From contig KZ538008.1 of the NCBI GenBank assembly GCA_000934665.2, positions 124,001 through 188,000 of the forward strand: a DNA stretch of 64,000 nucleotides. Direction: 5' to 3'. Both the position numbers and the translations under genes were made by a program. How positions within the stretch are numbered: the first letter of the stretch is position 1; each line of letters starts with the position of its first letter. The notes under the pieces were generated by a model, which did no database searches, was not told the DNA's origin, and was given only the letters and a program-made list of their open reading frames with translations. The stretch is from Catajapyx aquilonaris (lineage: Eukaryota). Shown one piece after another: positions 12,779 to 27,100 of the stretch.

Positions 12779-15700
12779 ATATTAAAGTTTACTATTATTA
12801 TTTATTACCATTTGAGCCATCGCACATGCTCATATATAGCGACAAGCAATGCCATCTGAATGCCATGCTTTAACTTTTAGTATTCAGCATTTTCCAAGCT
12901 GTTTGTTTGAATGATTTATTACACATTTTACTGCACTGATTTCGTGTAAATTTTTAGCGCATAATTGGGGTTAACATGCGTCTCCCTCATCATTGAGTAA
13001 CCCATATAGGGAAATATGAGGTGCAGTATTCTGCATATGTCATCGACGGTAGTATATTTTATGTGAGCCTATATTTATTATTTGACTTCAATCTACATCG
13101 CTTTTTCTGGGGAAATGTCGTTATGGTTTTTGTTTTAGTCTTCTTACACTATTCGCTGAGAAGTGAAACAGCAATTCCCATTCGCGTTAGACCCCACATT
13201 GGTATGCTGAAAACCAGACTGCAATTACTAGTAGAACAACACGAATTCGGCGTCGATTGTTATACCATATTAATTGTCGCCAGTGAACCCTTTAACACCC
13301 CCCTCCGGCAAATCCGCCCATTTCCCCCCTCGCCGTTTCTTCCGCCAAGCCACATCTAATTGCATGGCAAGAAGCAGAACTGCGCCAAACTTCGCTGCAT
13401 TCCCTGGACAAAACATGGCCCAGGCTCCCCAAGACTTACACCCCGTGCACTTGTGTGCACTTCCCAACCCCCGCATGCCGACAGGACTTGACTTTCCGGC
13501 ACGACGCCCCTCGCCAAATTAAATTCCGATCGACTCACAGCTTGTGATATTCACAGCGGACTTGTCAGCTCCGCCCATTTCCTTCATTACTGTCAGCAAT
13601 AACGTACCAGCCGCCCAGGTAACCCAGCAAGGTGGGGGTGAAAAAAATTATTCCGAAGACCCCTGCAGCACCGTGTCGCACTGACTTGCCAGTAGATTCC
13701 GGCTCATCGTGAAACCTCCATGCTCGCCTATAAAGACCCATATAAGGCACCTTCGCAGATATAATGACGGCTGTAGGGATATGCCGAGAGATCCCCCACA
13801 TGCAATTTGGCTGCCGATAAAACCCGGCTCCCTCATTTACTTTGCACATCCACGTTCAGATGACTGCTTTCTGTTTATCTAGCTTTAGTCCGGCTGGATG
13901 CATTTAACATGAATACTGGTTCTTTAGTCATTCCCCCTAGGTTTACGTTCCTACAGTATAAGCATATAGGATTATAAAGCAGCCCCTTGTGAAAAGCTTC
14001 CGGTTATTCTATCAGTGTCCTAAGTCTGCGTCACGATAGTTCGATGAACTGCCGCGAGAGAGGGGTAGCGACGCGTGATGAGTGCAGCCAGGCGGCGACA
14101 GTGTCGATAAAATGTTTCCGCCAAGCGCCGACTAATGGTGGTCTACATAATCGTCCGATTTAACGTGGCTAACTCGACACAAACTGACGGAATCAAAACA
14201 ATATTCCCAAACTCTTGACATCCCTAACGAGGGTGGATTAAAAAACAAGTTTTTGCGACAATATTTGCGACAACATCGCTCCGAATTATCCCACAGGTGC
14301 TGATATTGATATACTGGCGAGTGATTAAAAGCAGACTCAACAGTAAATTGATATACAGTATATTGCAGTATTTATATTAATGCTTGATTGCCTAATACTA
14401 ACACAAAATATAGGACCTACGCCAAATCATATTAAAATTGCCCGGATTTTTTAAATCAATGCATAGCCATGAAACATTCATTATGCATTCATATTGATTC
14501 ATCAACTGCAATGGCGCAATTATATATAAATCATATGTTTTTAAAACCTGATATCAGACCACTTGTCAGCACACAAAGTCCTCTTTTAAATTCCCATCAA
14601 CCCCCCTTATCCCCACGCTCTCAAACAAGCCCCTACCCGGAAAACAAGCAGCCAAGTGTGATGGGCACAGTATCACACACCAAGAATTTCCGACCCGTAC
14701 GACCACTCCATTATACAGCGCAATAAGTTATCAGCTTTGGCCAGCATCCAGTGAACGGGGGGCCTCCTCGATGTATCGTTGGCTCCGTAATAAATCTCAT
14801 ACTAGCTGATCTAGCTTTCGTTAGGAAAACAACGCCGCCTGCATTATACACACGGGGTTACTGCCACGGGGAACGATATTGGGTCGGGACGTAAAATGAA
14901 AATGATCAAATGTGATTGGGGCCGGATTATTCGAAAGCGATTCCTGTAGTCTGCGTGAAAAGACTAGGCATTACTTGAATTGACGCAGTCCTATCCACTT
15001 AGCCGCCTTCGCGGAGTCATTCATGAGATTTTGCTTGGGCAACGAAGCACGTATAAGCCTACTATTCCATTCCGAGCACTTCTTAGATCTATCGCAGCAT
15101 GATTTCTATGCATCCTGCATATTGAAAAGGCGCGGGGTCCTTATATTTCCCCGTACCGTTCCCGGAGTAGGAGCAAAGATCGCAGACCAAGTGGAAAAAA
15201 CGACCGACTTTTTTCTGTAACCGGCCTGCAGATGCCGCTGAATAAGTTACGGTCATCCAGGTCCATTTGCATTAAATTAAAATTAGGCCCGACTGCAAAG
15301 GTCCATTTCCCCTCCATTTAAAATATTGATTTCTTAGGGATGTGTATTTAAAACAATTTCCTATCTAAGGTAGAAATATATTCAATAGACCCTACAATTG
15401 TTAAAAATTTCAAATGTCAACAACCAATTGGCCACAGTCGTGTCACCTGCTGCTCCATTCCGCCCTTTACAAGCAGCCCTTTCCTATCGCTCTTTGGCTG
15501 AAAGTGCAGTGGTCCCGGATTTACATTGCACCAACTTGTGGAAGGAATATCTTGCACAACAGAATTCCCAAGGCGCATCATTATCATCCCCAAGAGATTC
15601 CAGTAGAATACTAATCCACTCAGCCTTAAATCAATCCGCGCACCTACTCCTTTGACAGGTACAAGAGCCGGCTGACTCGATTAGTTGGCGGTGATTGCCA

Positions 15701-18131
15701 AGCTGGGAATTCTCAAGACGAGGCGAAATGGGCCTAGGCGGAGCACTTGCCCGTGATGACGATCCCGATCCGGGGCTACAACTTTCAATGGTCTACGAGT
15801 CGCCCGGTGGCTGACTGCTATCATTGCCAAATCATAATTGATAGGACTCGGGGTCTGAACCAAGGTCGCACCCGGCCACTCGAATCGGATTTGCGCTCCT
15901 ACATTTTTACCGATTCTAATGGACGGCTGTTTGTACAGCAATTGACTTATTCAAATGCACTTATCAAATTACCCGGGGGACAATCAAATCGAGGTTTGCG
16001 GATGGGGGCGTGGTAAAAGGGACGAAGCGGCTAATCGCCAGGAAAAGCGGTCCCCCCAATTAATGCTGCACTTTGAAATTAAAGGCTCCCAAATTGCAAC
16101 TCTGGGCGCCAGCGCATTTATACGTGCAGCTGCAGCTTCCTCCATATCACTGAACACGGCGCTCTGTGTATTATTACACGCATTCGTGCGTAATTAGCTC
16201 AAATTATCAGAAAATAAACTCTGTAGTCACGCTATTAACCTACTAAAACAACACATCAAGTGTGTAATAAATTGCATCACATAGTAACCCTCTGTATAAA
16301 ATTATTCGCGATCCTATATAATTTCATTTATGTACACATCCAAAAATTCATACGCCTTGGCAATATCTGACTACATTTTTCAGCGTCCCCGCAGCCTATC
16401 TTGGTCACACTAACCTGCTGTGTATAACCAAACCCCACCAAAGTTCCGGCGGTAAGCAAGTTGCGCTGCGAGTGAAGCGATTGTTTTAACGACATTAGGA
16501 CCAGGGAGGATTGGGACGCATCCATTGGACAGACCGGCATGGGGCTATGACCATAGTCCCCCAGCATCCCTCCCCCGCCAGCAGGCAACAAGGCTTGCAG
16601 GCTTTATCAGGAGGGTGGGTTGCGAGAGCTTCTCACCGAAACAAAGGAGGCCACGCCTGCACGATCGATACTAATAGAATGGGGAGGCTAGAGAAAAGAG
16701 ATAACTGGCCTGCTCACTGCACATCATAGGCAACAGGAGGGGGTATAGCATAGGGTGGAGGTCTCCCTATCACTCAACCGGGAGCCCCCTTTTGCATCTT
16801 GGGGGTGTCTTAGGGGACCCCATCAATCCTTCCCACCGGGCTCAAGACGACGACGACGACATTTACTCCACTCGCGTGAATGTCAACTGTCCAAGTGACA
16901 GAAGGGCCATGCCGCGTCTCGCCTCCCTCCCTCCTCGACTATTCAAGCGCCCGTCCCCTAATTCGCTTGTCAAGCAGGCACCAACCAATTAAACGTGAGG
17001 CCGGCTCCGAAGGGTTTAGAAGTCCTATATTAATCTTCAGGGAGCAAGTGCAAAAGATCAATAAGAACTGTTGCTTCCAGACCAGCAGGGCTATCCATCT
17101 GCTAAACGACTGACAAGCCAGTCAGTGCTAACAAGTCATTCTGATCGCATTTTGTCACAACACTCGAATGATTTGGCCCAACCCTCCTAGTCATATATAC
17201 AGTAACTCGCATCAAATGTAGCGGAGAACGAAACTTCAGAGTACATTGCAGTGTTTGTATTCCACCAGAGATTTTCCAATAACCTGCCAATGTAGGGCAA
17301 GAGCCGGGGCATATGGCCCAGTGACCGTATATCTCCATGTAGCCTATAACAACAAAAAAACGGCAATTTTTTTTGACGCGCGGTGTGAAAGAGCGCTTGA
17401 GGTGTGCCGGTTTATTTGAAATACTATACAGTTGCTCCCAGTATATCGACAGGCTGTTACTGTACAACGCCAATAACACCAAGTCCCTGCAGATTTACTA
17501 ATGACAGCTGGGAAACCTACGACCTATGTCATGCGGTAAAATTACAAGCACTGCAGTCCGCTACTGAAACAACCTCATTAAATTCCGCAGCATTGTTGCC
17601 TCACAAGCCCCTACATTGGTTTTGATTCAACTTGACTATGAACTAGATTCGTAATTCATTTTCCTATTGTACGGGTAAAGTTTGGGCGGGAACACCCGGT
17701 CGGGATAGCATTATCTTCGCTACACCGATAACTAATACCTATAGCTCGTGTTTCCCGTGCCGACGGTGTAAAGCAAAGCAAGCAACGAGACGTTCAACTT
17801 TGTTTAACAAACTATACGGTGACGGCAAAAACGTACCGTATACATCAGCAGGGTGCGGTATCACCGTCGGTTTACGGTCAGCGCCATTTCCACGGTGAAC
17901 TTTAGAACCACCCAAAGTGAACAGTACCGCTGTGGTTAGCATACTTTATGTAAATTCAGTGACGTTGACTAAGCACGCGGCCAATAAATTATCCATGGTT
18001 TGTCTCGCTGTATTTGGTTAAAACGTATCACTCGGTTTTGTTCAAGTGCATCATTATTCTGTACACAATTTTCATCCACTCGGGTGTTAATATAATTGAA
18101 CCAATGACTCGGAAAACGTTTCATCTAGCCA

Positions 18132-18188
18132 AGTCCATTAGATTCATTTTCGGATACAATTTGTATTCCAAAATGAATCTAATGGGCT
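18132..18188. repeat. Short palindrome / hairpin
   Basis: ccattagattcatttt ... aaaatgaatctaatgg is a perfect 16-bp inverted repeat, extended inward by ggatacaa/ttgtattcc. Confidence 0.8.
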
Positions 18189-21100
18189 CTGTCATACGCT
18201 GCGTGTCCAAACTAATGGTTTCAAATGCGCATCGAAACACAAAGCGAAGACTAGCGCGTAAAAGAAACGTAATTTTTGTCCTCATCGTGATAAAACTCAA
18301 CAGCCTGTCAGTATATGCTCATGTTACGAGCTTATCATCGGCGATAAGGTAGAAAGCAGGGCAACGGCTATATACAACCAGCTGTTGATTCATTAACTTA
18401 CGACAATACTGCCGGAGTCGTGGTCAACAGGTGTTGGATACAGTGCTTCACTTGTCAATTACCGTACTTGTAAACTAACCAGCGGCAAATCCCCAAATCA
18501 AATTAATCAACTAGGACCAACACGATTCTACAGTTTACACAAGCCCATATTTTAATCCCAGTCAGGATTCGCGTCTTGCTGCATCTGAATATCAAATAGC
18601 AATGGAATCACGACGATAGCTTCAAAAAAGAAAATGATGGTTAATCTGCCAACCTACACGAGTTTAATCTGCCTATTATTGCTCAACCAGCCTAAAACAA
18701 ACCAAAAAATACCAAGCTACTAACACCATGTGTTACCGCCCCGTCTGCTCAAGTATAGCCCTCCCTAAAATAAAGCGCACTGTATATTTTTTAGTGAAAG
18801 GAAGTCCCATAAGCCCCTGAGCACCCATCCACACACACAACACGCATTGAATCCTAACTCAATCTCGCACATTCTGGCCCTGACGCGAATATTACCATCC
18901 TCAGGCACGTGCAGAGAGTATCCAGGCTGATACACTACCCCCCTCTCCTCTTCCTACCTCCAACACATTCATCCGGGTCTGAAACCTCTGCACTCCTACA
19001 TTTCCATTGAATACAAGAAGGCTGTTCTCGCGTTTCCCAGGGCTGCCCAGCGGCTCTTCATCGCATTTGTGCTACGTGCACGGCTTACTGTCCACTGCTC
19101 TCCAGGATGCCTCACAGTCCTACCCGTCCTTTCCAAAAAAAAAAAAAAAAATGTTGTGGAAACCATGGGAGGGATCGGTGTGAATCTGATCTTTACATTG
19201 CCACTGGCTGATACAAAATGCAAAACCTTTCCGCGCAGAGTAAACAAGGTTGATTAAACGCCTGGCAATCTGGAAACGCGAAAATGTCCCGGCGTTGCCA
19301 CACAATAATTTGCCGTCTACACACAGAGAATCCCTCTTCACCTGGCAGGCACGTTCAGAAGTCATCCGCCTCGGGGACAGAGGTCATCCGCCCTCGACCC
19401 CCGTTCAATACAACATTTTAAAAAAAATTTATTTAAAAAATCGGTATACCGATATGCAAATAAGTACCACTTCGACATTCTGACATGTCAACTTCATTTT
19501 CATTTTTTTCCAAATATCCCTGATCGATGCCCATTTTCGATCAATTCAACCTGCACTTTTCCGCGTTGCCACGTCGCTCCGGATAGCTTTCGGCGGAACA
19601 CACTTTCTGCAGTGCCTATACCCCGGAACAGATACATCCCCGGAAACTTTTTCTTCTCGCCTCATTTGCCCAGTCTACATTCTTCCCTTGGCGGCAAAAA
19701 GTTCCGCTTTAATTTTATTTTTTCTCTCGCTCTCTCCTCACCATCCGGCCCAACCTCTCCAGCATGAGCTCAACAGCACCTTCTCCATAGCACAAAAAGG
19801 CACAAGAGAAGAGTTGAAATGGGGTGCGGAACCGAGTCAGGATCTGAAAAACACTCTCTGAGGTTTCGCCACTCCTTGGCAGAGGTTTCTGCTGAATGCC
19901 ATTAAACGTCACTCTATGCTTTCCCAGCGTAAACGTGTCCTCGTCGCTTTGGGTCGATATTAGTGAAGCAAGCCTAGAGGTGGTGGCTCCAACACACCCC
20001 CCCCCCCCCCTTTTCCTTCCCTTCAAAACCCCCTCTCGAACCAACACCGCCCTTGCTCTTCCAATCAGGCTATTCTCACCTAGTAAGGCACGTTCGAGGC
20101 CTGTCATGTACGCAGGCCAGCCCCAATTTCCTCTGGCCACCCCCACCAAAAAACAACCTGATCCGGAAATTCGCGAACAAAAATACCGAACCTCTATAAA
20201 TCCGTCAGAACCCTGAATTGCAAAGGGATGTCATATCCGGATTTCAGCCGGAGTGGCCCCCTTTATTTTTTTCCCCCACCTCTCTTCGAAATGGACTTTG
20301 TCGCCTCCCCGTCCCCAAAGTTGCAGCCTCCCTCAGGCATTGGAGAATATTGGGCTCAAGCCTAATGGACCGCCTGGCCAAACTAAAGGTCCGATGGCCG
20401 GCCTGTGCACCGGATCACAATCGTTGGCTTATTCTATTTGTGTCATCCCATCCCTGCCCCTGCGGGTCACGTATGCAAACGAGGCGCTTTTTTTGTTATA
20501 TTTTGCAGAGGGTTGCTTTGATGCAGAGTTTCATGGTCATTATGTAAAGCCCCATAGCATGGATGCGCAGTACTGAATTCGCACAGTTTTTCACAAAACG
20601 AATCTTACCCTACAGCTATTGGCGATGGGGTCGGGTCTCGGGTGAGGTTTACTTAGCTGGAGCGTAGGATGTTCCATTTCCCATGCGGAAGACAAACTAG
20701 TGTTTGTAAATGCAGGCTGCTGTCGTGAACAAGCCAAAATTGGGCCGACTTCTTGTCAGTCTTAGCGGCTATTCAGACTGCTTCATAATGATTCAGACCT
20801 AAGCATAATGGAATGAAACATACAACTTAGCGGTTGAGCGCCAGTTTTTGAGTAGTCGCATATAAAAAGGATCTGGCATGGGTAAAGTCGCCGACATGAT
20901 CCGGCTCATGTCAGTAATAAGATGAATCCCGCAGAGTGCAGGAATATGCCGCAGGATTGGTTCCGCCTTTTCCCAGTTACACTATAGGAGCAGTTCATTC
21001 GCAACGCACTCCCAGGAGGCATGACGTAAGCACCAAAAAAACCCAGGAAGGCATGCCTCTGCTAGTGCAACACAGGGCGAGGCCGGATTCCAAAAAAGAG

Positions 21101-24100
21101 GAGAAAATTCTTATGGTCCTTTTTGGTAGCCCTTTCTCAATTAGGCCTACACAGCTATATTCGGAAACCTGCATCCCGCTGCATTGCAGTAATTGAGAAA
21201 AAGGTACCTTAGCGGAAATGTCAGTAATAATCCGCTTATGCTGGCACATGGTTGTCTAATATTTGAAACAACTCGCGATGTGGAATGACGTTTAATTCAA
21301 TGCCACAATGTTAAGTTCCCTTATGCATCTGCCCATTTCGTACAGACACTGTACATAGGCATACCCCCTGGCGCCTGCTTGCTCTAGAGCCAACATCCAG
21401 CGGCCCGAGAGAGATTCTATTTACATGCGTGCCCCTGGCAGCTCTGACAAAGGTCTATGGTACTAGCTCTATGCCCGCTATACGCCTTGTTCACTCGGGC
21501 ATTTGTCACCAGTTCAATTTATTTTACTAGATCAAACAAGCAGCAGTTGAACTTTAAACCAAGCATATACAGCTTCAAATATCACCAAGCAAATCTGCCC
21601 CACCCTGTGGGCATATGCATATATCCCACCCTGGCAATTTAACGTACCAGCAAGAAATGCACTCCTTTCAATATTCGTCTTCCGCGGCCTAATAAAGCGA
21701 CGCCATTTGTTCCCCTGGCATGCTCAGGAGTTAGAATGCAAGGATGGGGAAAAAAGGGGGCGCAAAAACTGGAAAGTAGTGGCTGCGAATAGGACGTAAA
21801 TCCTAGGGCGCAAATCCCCAGTGGGCACCCAGAAATTCTCCTCACCTGCCTGCAGCTGTCAAACCTTATCCCACGTACGCTCGACTTTTTTCCCCCCTTC
21901 TTCCTTCTCTCTCTTCCCTTCCTTCCCTATTTTTTTCTATTCCTCCCACCCAACCCTCATCCGCTCCCACCTTTCCTGCTTCCCGGAGCGGAGTTGCACC
22001 AACAAGCATCACCCCTTTTCCCTGGATCGATTTGAGGAATCCCCATTTCCAAAACTGATGCCATAGACCTCGTGAATGCCAAACATTTCCCTTGGGGGGG
22101 TTCCCACTCCGCCAATGTCAATACGGGTTACAAGTACATCAAGCAACATAGTGTGTGTGCAGCAGCAACAGCACTCCTAGCTGTACCAATCGGGTGTGGC
22201 GGAATTTGCGCACAAAACTATGCCAACTATTGCGACAGATAGTAATTAGGTAATAAGGCGATGGGTCCCAGTCGGCAAGTGCGGTCTATCCCTATCAGAT
22301 TGCAATCCTGAATTCCGCATGCAGTCGTTGCGGTGATGAAAGCGACGTCGGAATGCGTATCGGAAAATTCGGCGGTGAGTTTCCCCCAGTCTGACTGCGA
22401 GGTGCCACCCAACTATGCTCCGTATAAACGAGGAAGAGACTGCTAGGTGGTTGTGGCCAGGAAAGACTTCTAGAGCAGTGGACAATCCTGACAATTGAGG
22501 ATCAGGGGGATGTACCCGTGAAATAGGGCCGGAACTTATGGTGGCACTAATGAAGCATCCCCAACATTCGATATGTCCACTCGTTTCTAGTGGGTGCAAT
22601 AAACTTCATAGGCAGATGCACTTGACACTCGGCTACGGCTTCAATTAGTGTGAGTAATGTGGTGTGTTCCAATATATCGTGCTGCAATGGCTTAAACTCG
22701 GAACTAGAGGAGAGTGCGTGCACGTTCCACATGAAGTATAAGCTCACCATGGTTGGAAGATTATGTCTAGACAACCTGGCAGCCTGTATTTGAGAGTGTA
22801 AATCTTGGCTGTTTCTTACAATTAAAATATCTAGTTGGTTGTGAACATCCCTGCTAGATATATAGGATAATAACATACTATTTGATCTATACTTCGAAGA
22901 AATCAATATAATAATTATAACGTGGCAAAGAAACGTTGACGTTATTTTGGCGCTAACAGTTACATGAGTGCTGCGCGAAAACCTCGCGTTGGTTATTAAC
23001 AAATTGCTGTCCGTGATATATGAAGAAACTTTTAGGTGGCAACTATAGTAGCCTGCTCTCCTAGTGAGCCAAACTCTCTGCAACATGTGTCGGATAGCAA
23101 GTACATCCTTGCTCACTTCACAAGCGGCCTCCCGGCTAACAACTGAAACATGCCTCATTGTAAAGCTACCCTACTGCTTGTAGTTATATTTGAGTTAATG
23201 TTTATATTAGGTTGCTGGTTATTTGCATCCATGTACAAGGACTATGTTTTTTTCAATGTACTGTACCGTTTCATTTCCACGGTTTTAAGAGAGTGCTGCG
23301 GATGAATTAACCTGAGGTTTATACTGTCTCTCATTTTGTAGCTGCAGGATTGTGTACGATCCGAATCCCCCTAAAGAGCCTGTTGGCACAGCACGGGGTA
23401 TCTCAAATAAGTATTACAAAATATCTCCTGGTTGCTTTTAGTGCAGTATATGAAGGACAATCCGAGAAGTATCGGTACCATTCAAAATGACTCGCATTTT
23501 TTACGGCATGGCGTTTCCGCTTTTTCATTTATCTATCACCAAACCCGATAAGTATCGATAAGTATACTTTCACGAGCAACAACCGTAAACGAGGGAAATA
23601 ACACAGTGGACACTGTCACATTCGAGATTATAGTCGCATTAATCTCTTATGATGTGCTGGCCTTCTGTGACTCAGATGCCATACCTGGTTGTCACAGCAG
23701 ATGGCAACTTATTCCTCTCAATCTCACGTAAAGCATTCGATAACGCCTAAGAATTCTCAGCCTTAAGCACACTAATATCTCGGTAGGCAAATATAAACTT
23801 CCCGTCATTTTGATATAACTCACTGCGTCGCGGAGTCGCGGACGTAGACTGTAATAATCCCCCAAACGTTACTTTCTCTAATAGCATCATTCCTCTACTC
23901 TGGCTAATGTAACAACTCCTCATGACATTACACCAGCGAAATAATGCGCCCATGAATAATTGAAAGCAGGCAGAGGCACACAAGTTACATCACATCCAGC
24001 ATGCACCAGGTACGACATCCTTATTCTACTATGGTAATCATGATCACATGGATGAATCATATGATATATCAACCAATCCTAGAGCTGTTGCTTGGCACTA

Positions 24101-27100
24101 GCTAATTAGATCATGCGACCGACACGGTTGCTACAGTCAACTTGCACGAACGCTCCCGGTACAGTACATCATATTAGCGATCACAAACACCACAAGGATC
24201 AAAGCTGGGAAAAAGTTACATGGATCCCTCGCTCGGATTCGTTCCAAAAAGGTCCCTACTTCCAACCCAAGTAGCAATAAGCGCCCTATAACCCCTTACA
24301 GAAGCTGTATAGCCCAGCTTCGCCTACTGAAAGCAGCAACAGCATCACATCAAAATTCAAAGACGGTCGCTTAATTATAAACAACCTGCATAAGCTATGT
24401 AGCTCAGTATCTTAAACGGGGTAATCCACTTGCAGTTTACACGTTGGCGCTCCATCAGCCCCGGGAACTAACGCATTCCTGAAAGTCGGTCGCCCGCAAA
24501 ATCTCATTCAGCAGTTATTCGTGCCCCCCTGCTAAATTTCTCGCTAAGCACTTTCCCCCACGCATATTCTCAGCAGTACGTGCGTCAACACACCAGACTC
24601 TGTAATCACTGCACGCCTGACACTTATTATTTTGTCAGCTCCCAGCATGTGACGTCCCCCCCACAATCACTGACCAGAAGTGTAATTCCCCCCAGCCAGC
24701 ACTGATGCTCTGCTGATGCCTGGCTGGCAGTGTTGCAAAGGACATCACACTGTGCATGCTCGTTAAAAAAAAAAAAAAAAAAATCCTCCCGAAAATTCAT
24801 TAATGGGGCCTGTGGGCGTCCATAACAGGCCAGGCCTGCCCCTGTTCTTCCTAACTGTGAGCCATAGAATGATGAAGAATGGAACAGTTTCGACCTTATT
24901 GACCATCGCCTGGAGCGGTTAGTAATGGTGTTACGATCATCAGGCCTTTGGGGGTTCGATCNATGGGGAAAGGGGGGGGGGGCCTATGCGGGTAAAAGGG
25001 GGGTACAAAATTGCCCTGCGCGTTATTTAATATGCATCCTATTGAAGTACGCGTGCCAAAAGACCATCATAGGTATACCTGTTTTACAAACCGGGCAGAT
25101 TCGTCCGCTTTGGATTTTGAGTTGGTGGACTGGACCATATTTTCGTAATCAGAACTCAACTATGGTCATTTTCAGACGGATTGCGTCCGGCTGCTCCCTT
25201 GCAGACTTCGGCCAAAGTAGAGCAGCCTACTAGACCTCTAATAATAACTTGGTATGTAATGGGCAAATAATAGCGTTTGCAGGCTTCCAAAGAGGACATT
25301 TTGCTACATACTGTACAATTCCATCCAACTACTGCAAAAGCAAACACTGCAACTTTTAAGCGCACCTCTATCATTTAATTTATAAATTGTTCTCTCTTCA
25401 CAAGAGTGAGCTGATGGTTATAAAAATTCTGCAACTGTACCTAAGCCTAATCCCCTCACAGAACGCACATTTCTAAACACCAGCTGTTCCAGTCTGAAAG
25501 CATACATAATAGGGCAAGTGCTGATTAAAATTCAAATCGTTACTTTTTGCCTAGTTTTGCTCATCCGGGAATAAGCATTACATTTCGACTCGTGCAAAAC
25601 ACGTCCCGTCACTTGAGCCATTCAGAATCATGCTCTCAGTTTTCGGTTCCACCCTCAGGAAGCAGTGCAATGTTAACTGCTTCCGGAATGTAAATTGGTA
25701 GTGCCTATGTATAGCATGCATGTCAATAAGGTAGGCGAACCCGTTTCGTATAATGCTACCCCTGGGGCTGCAAAAATGTGCCATTATTTGATGCTCTGAT
25801 TGGTTGGGGGAGGAAAGTCAAGTTGACAAAGCAAAAATTCGCTTATATTTCTGCCTCAAAACATTGTTATTAAGCGGATCGGTATAGCTCTATCAATTTT
25901 CAGCCAATATATATTATTTTTCCGATTGTCCAATCAGGAAAAAAACACATGGATTGAACTACTGCCGTGGGGAATCCACCGTAATGCATTACCAGCGCAT
26001 AGGATAGGGGTCAAAGTCCGGCTGCAGGATCGAGGCGAACCTCGCCAACCAACATTGCATACTTCACAAAAATTCAAAATTAATGCAATTAATGCAACTC
26101 GGACTACAGAGGGCCCTCAGGAGCCAATGAAAAATAAAAGCGCCGGTTGAGAGTGATTTGTGTTGAATTCAAAAATATATAGCATACCTCAAAACCGGAC
26201 ATCAATACTTTAAAAACTAGTATAATATCAGGGAAAACCTCCAGTAAATGCAGTACTTCGCTAGTGAGACTGCAGCAGTATAGTTCCCTTGCGCTCCGGA
26301 GATAAGCTATACGCCAGGGTAGCTTAGGGCTATACGGATGTAATATGTCTACGGCAGACTGCGCATTCACTTAATTATTTTAATATAAAAACGACATTAA
26401 TTATTAAAAACTATCTGATGCACTTTCCCTGCCACATCCATTAACATTTACACTCCATTACTCTCCCATGCCTATACCTAAAAAGCTCCTAATTTGCCCA
26501 ATTATCCCATCATATTGGCAAATTGAGCTGCAGGAAGCATGTAACCACCATCCCATCGCTACAAACTTCGCAAATTCATAGTATGTTACAGCTTGGCTAT
26601 ACACGTGCCGCATTTGTGCCTGACTTTACGAGCAAAGAAATTCCCTTGTCAGCATCTTACAGATCTCTCCAGACGCGTGTGAAATTCACGCTCAAGTCCC
26701 CTAAAAAGAACTTGGTGTAAATAAGGCATAAAAAGTCCGCCGAGGTGTAATGTCTCGCACAGTAGTTCCGGAGCGACATCTGCATGTCTCAGAAACTCGC
26801 TCCAGCGCTCCTTTTGCCAATAACAACAACCGGCTCGAGTTGCCTCGACATGTCTCCTGCAGGCCCACCTTTAAGCGCAGTCATGTCCGAATGAGGAAGC
26901 ATTACCGCATCCACAAAACAAAGCATTCCAGTTTCGTCTGGCACTCTGCGGAATTAAATAAGTACATTTTATTTATAACAAACATCTAATTTTCTTTCAC
27001 ATCACAAACTCCAACACTGCAAAACTTCAATTCGGCATAACAGGTCCGAGCCAAACCACTCGTGAAGTCCCCGTAATTCCACAGAAAACTACCTGGTCAT

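Noticed and set aside
22547..23158. 203-aa minus-strand ORF
   Set aside because: No recognisable domain, atypical composition, no splice support.
24905..24990. GGTTCGATC B-box-like motif next to an N and a G run
   Set aside because: Too degenerate, and the assembly is ambiguous here; cannot support a tRNA or SINE call.
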